Source of the DNA: Bispira polyomma
Lineage: Eukaryota
NCBI GenBank assembly: GCA_965649765.1
Contig: OZ287754.1
Span: 11,098,001-11,162,000 of the forward strand
Reading direction: 5' to 3'
DNA length: 64,000 bases
The translations under genes and the position numbers were made by a program. The notes below the pieces were generated by a model that was given only the letters and a program-made list of their open reading frames with translations, was not told where the DNA came from and ran no database searches. Shown here piece after piece: positions 25,301 to 37,300 of this stretch; the first letter of the stretch is position 1, and every line of letters begins with the position of its first letter.

Positions 25301-28300
25301 TTCTAATGGCATTCTGACATAAACCTCCAGTGCCTTTCCGTGAAGTAAGTTCCCCAAGTAAGTGGCATACCTGGACTTGTCCCACTTGCAGGCCTCCGCA
25401 TACCTCTCAAACCGCCGGATATATGAGTCTATATTATCCTTATTGTCATCATAATAAGGTAGTTTCGGACCTTTAGGTACATCGTCAGCGGTCGTAGGCA
25501 TTGGACTAACTGGAAAACTACCTGTCCTGTCTTGCATTCGCCTCTCGTGCTCCCTGTCTTTCTTTTTCTCTAGCAATTCCATCTCTCTCATTTGTTTCTC
25601 ATGTTGGCATCCTCGTTCGTGTTCTTCCAGCCTCATTTGTTCCGTCTCACGCTTTTCCTTTTCAATAGACCTGAGGTGGGCCCGCTCATCACGTTCAGCT
25701 TCCTCTTTTTCATGTTGAGTGACAAACTCGAGTAAAGCTGCTTCTTTTAATCCCATTTCTTTTCCACAGGCAATCCATTTTTCTGTGGATGTAGCCATAA
25801 TGTAGTGTGTTAAACAATATAGGTGAATTTAACTGTTCTGGGTGTGTATGATTTCCACTTGACTTTTCACATAAAACAATGCAATTATTACTGGTTGAGA
25901 CTCGATCAGCCTTTAATTACCCTTAGGCCAGTCTTAATATCATACATTAAATCAATTATAGATTAATATGAAAGATCAGCTCTCAGTCCAAAAGTTTATT
26001 GCTTTATTTTTAGAAGTTATACTTAACTTATTCTTTCCACACTTTTTGCAGAGATTGTACACAGCTTAATTTAATTGGTCCAATAAAATGTAATATCCAG
26101 TTGTCATTCCACACTTTTGCGGAGATAATATCAGTAATCAGTGTAATTATTCCAAAGAAAATCTATAATGTCCACTGTAATTTCACAATATTCTTCAGAT
26201 GTATATCCAATTAACTGTCACAATCATCCCGGACCGAGCCCCCATAAATTGTTGTGTAACCAGATGTACAGTTGCCTGTATTACCAGATAAAGTTCCAGT
26301 TTGATAGTTCTAAATTTATTAACAGTGAAATTACATTAACAATCCTAATATATCTATTTCATTACAATTAATTAGGTCAGCCTAATAATTATTCGTTAGA
26401 TAATAACAACACGGTTCAGATAATGATTAATTAGGTCTGCCTAATTAATACATTCTTTTAAATCTTACATATCTAGCCCAATGGCTGAAAACACTTCTTA
26501 TTCCATCAAAAACTAACTCAGAATAAAATCAAAGAAATCTCCAGATTGCTGTTATCAACTTATCCATCCTAATTCTGTGCTGTGGGAAAGTAATGCCTTA
26601 TAATAATAAAAGTATTGCACATGATAGTTGAACTGTCAAAGTGACAAGTTGCATACAGCTGGAGAAACACATAAATGTGTCCAGAAGTAAATATGAGAAA
26701 GCAAAATACCTTAGCCTTGCAGTGGCTATGTTTAAACTTTACATTAATCAATAAATTCCAAATGTGCAAAGGTGAGGGTGGACTGTGTATTATTCTGACA
26801 CGTAATGGAGACTGCAAATTTTGAAATACCACAACTTCAAGTAAACTCATCAGTTAAAACTACAGCAAATAAAATACATACATAACTCATCAGTTGAAAC
26901 TACAGCAAATAAAATACATATATAACTCATCAGTTAAAACTGTCTACAGACTCAATCATTACATAAAAAAACACAGCAAATATAATACATATATTCATAT
27001 GAAAGTAATACAACATCCTAATGAAAAATAACATATACTACATGGCCCTAGTTCGACCCCACGCTAATGTTACTTAAAGCCTCATTAGTAGGATGACATT
27101 CTTGGGCAAGATGTTGTAAAGGACTACACAAATTTATTTTTAAAAGATGTAGGACTTTCCCTTTCAGGGAAAGAATAAGCACCTTAGAAGATGATATAAC
27201 AATAAGGTACTAATAAGATTGCTATGTGGCGAATATTCGATTTTTCGGCTATGTAGTCTACTTGGATATGATTGAAGTGTTTAATGTTTATTGTGGTCCT
27301 CAAGCTTCTTTGGTTCCTCAGTAAGGGAACAATAAACCTAATGTCAATAATGCTAAATCATTTGAAGATAATTTTTATTCTACATCTAAATCCTTTAATT
27401 TTTTTTTTTCAAATTCAAATCAATTATTGAAAAAATAATTGAAAAAAATGAGATCCTTTCAAATCACCTCGACAAAGAATTCAATTATATCAGATCGAAA
27501 TCCTGTAAGGATACTGTAAACTTATAAAGATTGTTACATCTGCTGGGATTAGAACCGGGGCTCCTTGGATTTTTAAAGATTAATAGTCCACTACACTAAC
27601 AGTTGAGCTAAAGGGGAAACCCTAGAAGCCTGAGTGTTTTATGCGCTGATATACACGGATATTACAATACTAATAAAACTCACAATGCTCCATGCTTGGC
27701 ATTATATACCATAAACTCTCTCTTTCTGAATAGCCCATGGGCTTCTAACTTTAAGTTAAGGAATTGTATAGGATGGGCTCTCAAAAGAGAATGTGGTTTT
27801 CTGTTAAAAATTTACCTGTATTTATAGAAAACTGGAGGGGGCTATTATAAAAGGATGGGCTATTTACTGATGGAGTTTTCTGTATTTTGCAGGTGTTTGA
27901 GTCTGTGTCCATTATGTTCAGTTACCTGGTGGGTTTTACAGACCTCTGTCACAGACTGCCAGCCATCACACTACTCCAGTGCATCAACTCTGTGTTTCAA
28001 AACTTTGACACAGTCTCTGACAAATATGATGTTTTCAAGGTATAAATTAAACACGGGTTTTTTTTGTGGATGAAAGTTGTTATGAAATGATATGAAAAAA
28101 TAAAATGAAATATGACATTTGTTATAAGTGCACTTGTACAACATGGGGATAATTACAAATGTGCTGCCTCATAAGCATAGAGAAGGTAAGGCTGTGTATA
28201 TGTTATTTACTGGTTTGCATGCATGAGAGGGAATTTGAATTTAGTCGCTTTTAACAGTTTAAGGCCTGGTCTCATTCAGACGTGCATCTGTGACTCTTTG

Positions 28301-31300
28301 AAGTGGGCGGTGATGCCACAGATAATACATCACAAAGCACTACGACAAACAAACCCAAACTAAATCAAGATGTAAACCCGTCCCCACTTCTCCTGACGAA
28401 CGAGGCATAAAGTTCCCCTTATGGGCAGCCACTAATGGGTGCAGAGGCTTGATTGAGGATGACCAGTTATGAACGTCTCTAGGATTTTTAATCTGCCACT
28501 GGACATAGTACTCAGTGACAGAGGACCACCATTTTGAGTGATCAAGCCACTGGGCAAACTTGTGTTTCCATCTTGCTAAAGGATGTTATTCCATCAAATA
28601 GAATTAGGGGTTGGTACCATGAATAGAACCCTCTGATCACATGACCACGGGGTGACAGGGTGGTTGGTCAAGATTTCTGAACCCTACACCACCAGGGTCA
28701 TTTAAGTAGCTAAAATGCTTTTTTCTTTAGTCATTTCCCCCACATTTGTTCTTTCTATCAGTTCTGTTCATTTGAAAGACATTCTGCCACAGTTTATATG
28801 TCATTTTTTGTAAGTATCTCAAGTTATTTATTTCTGGAAATCTCCATATTTGGCTGGGATGAATATTAAGTCCTACAGTAAATAACCAAAAGTAGCTTTT
28901 GGGTTCTGAAGCAGCGCCTAATTGTTTTGTGGATTCTAACCTTATATATTAACCTAATTCTTCAGGAGCACGTGCATCTCTTTGAAACAGTTTTAGACTA
29001 GTAAGTTTGTTACTCTCAGTACAGTCTTTAATGACCTATTAATACTAATATAACAAGCGTTATGACACATTTTATTTACCCAAACATAATTATAGAAGTC
29101 CATAAAATTAATTAAAAACAACATAATCGAGGTACACATAAAATAAACACTAAAAAGTCTGTAATATTATTATTATTATTATTACATATGTATAATCAAT
29201 TATAGAGGATTAACTGGAACAAGGTATATAATTAGAATAATTTTCACTGTTTGGCCATACATATTTCAATTTTTAGTGAGAGTTGATTGATTGATTGATT
29301 GAATTGGAAACATCTAATTTTGCATGATAGTTACAATATCATACATTTACAATATAATTACCAGATTACAAATCAATCATTTATGCTGAAAGAATAGAGA
29401 TAAAGCTTATAGCTTATAGAGAGGCTACCCTGTAAAATTGTTAAAGTTAAATTGTCATTGTGCAAGCTTATTATTGCATTGGTTTCTCAGTAACAATACC
29501 GACCCATACTTTGAAACTTCATTTAAATATATCAGCCCCCCCCCCCTCCCAAACAAGAGGCAAGCAAAAACTGATCTAGGTTAATGACCCACAGGACTAG
29601 GTCATCATTGGATATGCCAGATCATGAAACCCATTCCCTCCTTGGTGGCAAAATATTTCCTGTCAGGGTCTCTGAGACAGTTCACTTCATTCCTGATTGT
29701 GATTCATTACTGGAGCAGATCAAAACACAAGCAGAACATATGTAATGGTTTTGTGCATAGGCAGATCCAGGACATTGTAAAGGATAGTCCACTCCCAAAA
29801 TATATGTAAAAAATTTGTTTGTTAGACTCATGCTTGCTGCAGCTCCAAAATAACTTAAAAAGGTTAATAAATATCATGCACAATGCGTCTGTGCATGCAT
29901 CCGTGCATGTATCTCTGCATGCTTGCATCCGTTCTTGGGTGTTGGGGCCTTGGGTCTTTTAGGGTGGATTGCTATCATTTTTGGCGTGAGTGGAATAACC
30001 CATGGTGAAATTTTTTTTTAAGGTGACACACACGCATATTTCAAATTTAGAAAAACTTCAATATGGCCGCCTTGGGAGAAGACAAAAGGCGAAAATCTTC
30101 AGCTTAAGACTAAGTTAAGACTAATGCCTTTTTGTGAATCTGGCCCCAGGATTACACAAAAACGACTGAATGAATCAACAGGATATTTGAAGGAAGGATC
30201 GGACATGGACCAAGGAAACTATGTGACATTTTGGAAAAGATCCGGCTCGGTAGGAGGGTAGATTACACCTTTTCTCCAGTTTTTGTCACTCTAGAGACCT
30301 TGGCGGCGGTTTGAGCTCTACTGGGAGCCTTTCCAGTCTTTCTTGTGATAATTAATCACTCGAAGCCAGGCAATATTTTCGACATCCTGCAAACTAAGTA
30401 TATTTTGTTGGAAACACTATACTGCTAGTAGACATTTTTACTGGCTGTTTTCTCTAATGAACTTGCATAATGAAATTGAATTTCACACCATTGCTGTGAC
30501 TTTAGATGTGCTGAGCATACTTGAGATTTGCTTCTGTGAAATTGGGGTGAAGAGGTGAAGTCATGTTGTTTTTTTCATTTATGCAGACTTAGATGTGGCA
30601 TTAGGTATTAAAATTACATTCATACTTCTGTCACTAAACGAGGCACATACATATTTGATTGTGCGTTTTATAACTTATCATGAGCAGAATGCAATTGTCT
30701 CTTAAAAAAGAAATGGTGTTTTATGTGTGAATGGCTTAAAAGTATTTTTCTGCTGCACTCAAAAGTCATCTTGCATGAATTTATCTTACTGTAAATGCGT
30801 TTACAACATGTTTTTACTACAGACCCAGATTCCTTGATGTGTTCTTAAGTTCCTGTTAAACAGTCTTTCAATATCCTTATCAAAGGACAGGTGCATTACT
30901 TGTGTCTGAAAACTCTGAAAACTGAAACTCAAATACTGCTGTATTAAATAGTATCATGTCTAGGTAATTTACATTGACAAGAAAATTCAGTAAATGTGGT
31001 ATTTAAGTTTAAGCATGAGATTAATTTGAGACCTTTGTGAAATGTATATGTAGATTCCTCATGTGTTCTTGTTGAACAGCCTTTAAATGGCCTTTTATCA
31101 CTGGACAAATACATTTGTTGGGCCATATTGGGTCAGAAAACTTGAACTTAAATATTACTGTATCAATTTTTTTAACTAAATGGTAACATGTCCAGGTAAT
31201 AACTCACAATATAATACTGAAAATCTGTAATTCTTTAATCCTTTCGACTTCCAGATAAAACTATCGCTCGTAATTGAATGGAAATAAAGTAATATTTTCG

Positions 31301-34300
31301 GAGTGTCAACTGATTGCCAACAGACACAGGTTAGCCAACAATTTAAAGGTTGTACAGGTTAATAAACACAAATTGAGAGTTTAGAATTTAGTTGGATTTA
31401 ATGTGACTTTAAACAACTTAGATTATCTCACGATGGCCAGATTCAGTAGTGGGGAAAGCCTCAGTGCTAAAGCTACTGTAAACCTCTAAGCTACAGCAAG
31501 TATACATGTCAAACTTTCCCATGTGAAGGAACAATCGGGATTCAAACCCACATTGGTGAGTAAGAGGCCAGAGGGATTTGAAATTAACCATGACTTTTAG
31601 CTCATGACCTAATATTGCCCAAGAATTTGACGAATAGAGCTCCCAGATTCTTCCATGTGCTCATGCAATACTCAGTTGCATAGAATGTTCTCATCACAGG
31701 ACAAAATGTAATCCAGCCAAATTTAGCCTACTTTCTCAGTTTTAAGGACTCATAAGAAAACACAAGGCACATTCCTCTATCCACATAAACCGATCATTTA
31801 AGAAGAAGATATTAGGCCTGGCACAACACATTATCATTATGCTCCCAGTTTTCTAGCTCATAGCAGGCTCATTGTTTCTCACTCCCCTCTGCACACTGAA
31901 GCCGTTAAGTTTAACTGCCACAGATAATTGAGCACGTCAGGGCAAAACCACTGATGGGTTTTTACTGAAGGTGAAGGTACAGTTTAAGTACACACAGGCA
32001 TCGCAATAGAACCAAATAGGGAAGGGTCTGGAGATTCTTAATACATCTGAATGCTGTAATTTCTGTAGTAAACGCCCCTTGGGGCTCTGCTCTCTTTTAC
32101 AAGAGGGGGTGGCTATTATTAAAGAAAGAAAATTTGATATGTAGCAGTGTAACATATTGTCAAAAAATGACATGACATATTTGTTCTAGCAGACTTATAC
32201 AGCATAGGGTAATTTCAAATGCGCTTCCTCGTGGGCAACCACTATGGGCGCCGAGGCTTTAGCATCGAAGACCCTTATCAAGATCCCCAAGAATCTTTAA
32301 TCTACCACTCACTTGATATAGAACTTAGTGACAGAAGACCACCATTTTAAGTGGTCATCCGAGCCACAAGGCAAACTTGTGTTCACATCTTGCCAAAGAA
32401 TGTTATCCCACCAAATGAAACTAGCGAAACTCTAAGAAGTTGAACCCCAGCCTCCTGATCACCAGATCAACTACCTAACCATTATAGTAATATGTATAAC
32501 ACAAATAAACTATCCCACAGAATGTCTGAATGCTTAAACCATAAGCCATCAATTCCTATTTTTGTCTAAACATTTACGTGATGCTCTGCCATATCATACA
32601 ATTATCTAGTTCGGTTCACTATGTCATTATGTTAACAACTGCCTAAAGGAGAGATGTAACAATTTTCCATTATATTTTGTTGTTGTGCCTGCTAAGATAT
32701 TGACATTTAGTTATCTAAAAATCTCTTTAACAAAAGAGGGGGGCTATAATGAGAGAGGGGCCTTTATTACAGAAATTACGGTATTTGCTCTACTTTAAGT
32801 CGCCTGGCCTTGATTATGTGATTATAGTAAAACCTGTAGTTTCTTAATATGTAGGTCGACAGCACAAAAAATAGAAGGTTGATCAAACAGATGGCACAAT
32901 TTTGTATACACTGTCCATAAATATGGCACATACCCCCTTCCCCCAAAAAAAGACTTTTGAAAAACTTTAACATAATTATATCTAATTTTTACAGTGGAAC
33001 ATAACATAACATAATGTATGCGTGGTCTCTGTGGCTTTAAGTGGCTAGAGTGTCTGACTTTGGACTTAAGGATCCAGTTTCTGTCCTCGATGCTAGCCTG
33101 GAGATTGTACCCTTGTGCTTCACACAGTTGTCCCTCTCTACCCAGGTGTATAAATTGGGTACCTGGCCGCTAATGGGCGTTAGTCTTATACTGGCCATGC
33201 TGTGTGTGGCAGCATGGCCAGTATGCTTCCCGAGGGAGCTGCATGAGACTGAACAATTGGTTAACAAGTGGAAGAACCCAGACTGGGGATGTATACTGTA
33301 AAGTCGGATGAGACCTCAATAAAGGTGATATCAGACTATAAACCTACACACATTAATATTTACATCTAATGTTGGCTCATGATGTTCAGAGGCTTATATA
33401 ATTTATCAGTATAAAGAATGTTGAGGTAAACTTTGTTAGGGTTGCTACATCTAGTCTTGACATATTTACTTGTAGTGTAGTATTTATTTTGTGTTTGACG
33501 CCAACTAAAGGTCATATTTTTTTAGTAAACCATATTACTAGCCCCATGTATTTGCCAGAAGAGTTGGATGTCATGGTCGGGTGGCTCTATTGAGCTCAAA
33601 TGTTTGCAGTTTAAGTACCAAAACCAGTCCCATCAATTATCGCTAGGTTTCTCAAAGGATTTGCACTTGTTAGAAATTTACTCTTTTGATTAAACGTTTG
33701 GTCTCTGAAATTAGAAAGACTAATAGGAAATAATGTGCTTTTGTCATAAAAGGCAAACTTCTAGTATGTTGTAATTAGACTTTGTGTTTTTTTTAGGAAG
33801 CATGATCTCCTTAACATGCTGACTGATAATGTATTTTAGAGACTACAGATGTTTCTCCCCACAAAAGGAAAATTGATTAAGTTCGTACTTTAATGGGTTC
33901 GACTGATCTCTATATAAGTCCAGTATTGAGATCAATTTGTGTGATACATTTATTTACAAAAAGGGAAAATATAGATATTGTAATTCACAGTCTTTGCTAA
34001 GCCTTAAATTGTTTGTAGAAATTAAGTAGCAGCACTGAATAGTGTTTTGCTTGCAGTATATTAAAAATGGGTATAGGTAATTTACATGGAAACTCCAAAC
34101 TCTGAATGTATATCCTCTGCTAGTATTTTATTCCCCGCCTCAAACATACAACAAAGTTAGGGGGCAATATACTGGAATACGGTTTTCCTTTCATGGACAC
34201 AATTTTGGGAGGATCATTTCTAGCAAAGTATTCTTCTGATTTTGACCAAACTTTGTGGAGGGCTAGGGTATAGTCTATGAAAAAGTATGGTAATATTTAT

Positions 34301-37300
34301 ATCTCCTCCAAGGTGCCAAAATTGACATTGTTTTTAAGACAGGATTACTCAGAAACTACTAAACCAAGTTTGAACCGACAGTGTGGAGGGCTAGCATATG
34401 GGCCAAGGAAATATTCATGGGGGTAATATTGACAGAGTGAAAACATTTTTGCAGGATTAGGCCAAAACTACGGAACAAATTTTGATGACATTTTGTGGAC
34501 GACTAGGGCATGGGCCAAGGAAAAGTGTCAGGGAGTATGTGTAGAGTGCATACCTCTGCTAATGTGCCCTTGTTGGCCAAATATACCCATTTTTTGTTCT
34601 TTTTAGGGGGTTCTACTGATATGGTAATGGTAAACTTAGTAGACTTAGTAGACTTGTGTGTGTATATATAATTGACTGAAAGGCAGTTATGGTTACAAAA
34701 TACATATTTTAGGACTTTGAATGCTTCTCACAAAACGAATGTTTACACGGCCAAAATTTCAATGGATTCGTCTACAAATGATTTTTCGGGCGATATTTGT
34801 CAGACTTTACAGACTGTTCTAGTTTTAGTTGTTCTAGTTGAACAATATATATATAATATATATATATATACACATACATACTCCTGTGGCATAGTGACAA
34901 GGTTCATTGGTGGGATAACATTCTTGGGCAAGATGTGAACACACTATTGCCCATTGATGATGAACCAAGGCTATGTTGTAGGACAAATGATGGGTTGATT
35001 GATTCAGCTGTTACAATTTAGAAGATCTTTGCATCAATAAAGCATGTTAAAAATATATAACACAATACAATTATAATATCCTAGTGGATATGTGCACATT
35101 AATAATTGACTTGTGCTTTTGGTATTTCCCCTTTAGCTGAACCGTTAAGCATCCACCTCCTGAGCGGCAGGTCCACGGATCAAAACCTGGTGTAACTTTC
35201 TTTCTAATATTACACAATACATATACCAACAGGTGGAGACACTGGGTGACGCTGTATATATGGTTGCCGGTGGTATACCAGAGAGGAGACCAGACCACGC
35301 CTACCAGGTAGCTTGTGTTGCTATGGAGTTACTACAGAAGATTGACAGTGTACTAGTCCCCATGGAAGCCGATCTACCTCAGCTACAGATACGTGTAGGT
35401 GAGTCGGTGCGGTCAGAAATGGCGGTATATCAGTGGGGCAGTGGGTGATATATACTTTGTATTCAAATAGACACCAGCACACTGTACAGTCAACTACCAT
35501 TTGCACATTCTAAATTGATAACTAAAAAAACTGTCCCTCTCAAATTATGAACTGGGTTCAGTTGGTAGAATTGGTTTAACTGTACAGACATCAGCACACA
35601 TACACCACTTAAATAAGGATATTATTAGGATCAGTGAATGAATAATCTTTACATCTAACAATCAGTAATTGTTGAATATTATATTGTTTTTAGACATAGT
35701 AGTAACACTTCCGACCCCAAGAGAAAACTATCACAAGGAACTAAAGGAAAATTTACGGGTGATACGTTACCAACAGCCAGTCTAAATAGCTTTCCACTAA
35801 CTTGAAAACTTGAAAGACCTTAAAACACAAAAAAAAAAAAAGAAATATATTTTGACAATGATAAATCTCCTTAATCAATAAAAATAAAAATTTTGCTGAT
35901 CCTGAATCCAAAGGATATTATATATCATTGTTATACGTCTGTTCTAGTAGATCATCCTTTTACTTTCAGGTATACACACTGGCAGTGTGGTTGCCGGAGT
36001 TGTGGGGATGAGGATGCCACAGTACTGTCTATTTGGTGATACAGTCAATACTGCCAGTAGAATGCAGACATATGGTGAGGTAGGTTGTATGTGTAATATT
36101 CTATAACATAAGCACGGCTGTGTCAGCAATTCTGGTTGTGGTAAACTGAATTAGGGGCTCCACATATTATAAATAATAAGAATCTTTGTTTAAGTGGCTA
36201 TTCAAATTTGTTGCATATGGACATCTGAGCTAAGCCAATGGAATGTTGTATTCATTGTGATGTCATTTGTAACAACCATTGATTTGTTTACATGTTTTAT
36301 GCACACTTGCATTGCCGAGGGCCTGTGTGAGATAATATTTACATCGTTACCTGAGCCATATTTTCTTCTTCTTTTCGGTGTTCACACATAATTATTTCAT
36401 TGTTTTCAAGTTAAGTGGAAAGCTATATATTTAGTTGTCCAGAACAAGAAGGAAAAATGTGTACACCCTCATGTATCAACCATACATGTTTGTTGTCTAT
36501 ATTTGTTATCAATTGCAATAATATTTTTTCAACAAAACTTCTATGTCTGTTGGTTACTATTACATTACTATCATAACTCCAGTAAGGTAATTTGGATAAA
36601 AGAAATAATTATAAATTAGAGTAGTTATAGCCTTAACTGTAAAATTTTGGTTACTGGTTGCTATATCTTAAAACCTATATTAAGCTTCTACAGATAAGTA
36701 GGACAAATACAAACATTCTGATCAATTTTTGTACTTACACCACCCCGAAGTTGTAGTGTGACAAAACTATTTTAGAGTGGACGTATCCACATCAGTGAAA
36801 CCACCAACAGCTGCCTAGAAGGGTCAAAGTTACAGACATTTTACAGAGGCAAGATCCATATTAAGGTAAAAACAGAAAAGAAAGCAAGTACCTGTGTTTA
36901 GATATACAGAAGCTCTGCTACATCATTTAAATAATGCAGAAGGGGTAAATAGGTGTAAAAAAATTCCAATCCTTATAATTTTGAATTTAGTTGGGTTTCA
37001 TGGTGCTTTTATCAGCTTAGGTCGCATCACAACGGCCAGATTTAATGGTCGAAAGACCCACTCCTGAAGCCACTGTAAACTACCGACCTACAGCAAGTAC
37101 CTAATGGTCCTGCTCCACTATCAAGACTATAATTGGGAGGAGCCCCGATTATATGATCCTGGCCAATACTTGGCATTTCCTCACAATTTTTGAAAAAAAG
37201 GCGGAAAAATTTGCATGCAAAGATTGAAAAAATAAGTCTGGAGTGTCCAAAAGATAAGTTTTTGGAAGAGAACAATAACTGTAGAGGGGGCCCAAATTAT

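Larger units (their letters stand above)
20553..27042 (-). mobile_element. Ty3/Gypsy LTR retrotransposon, Gmr1-like (gag-PR-IN-RT-RH), nearly full length, inactivated, in the intron between sGC exons B and C
   Basis: Two near-identical LTRs with TG...CA ends, 5-bp TSD TGGCC (20548-20552 and 27043-27047), tRNA-Pro PBS, PPT and gag/pol domains. Confidence 0.95.
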
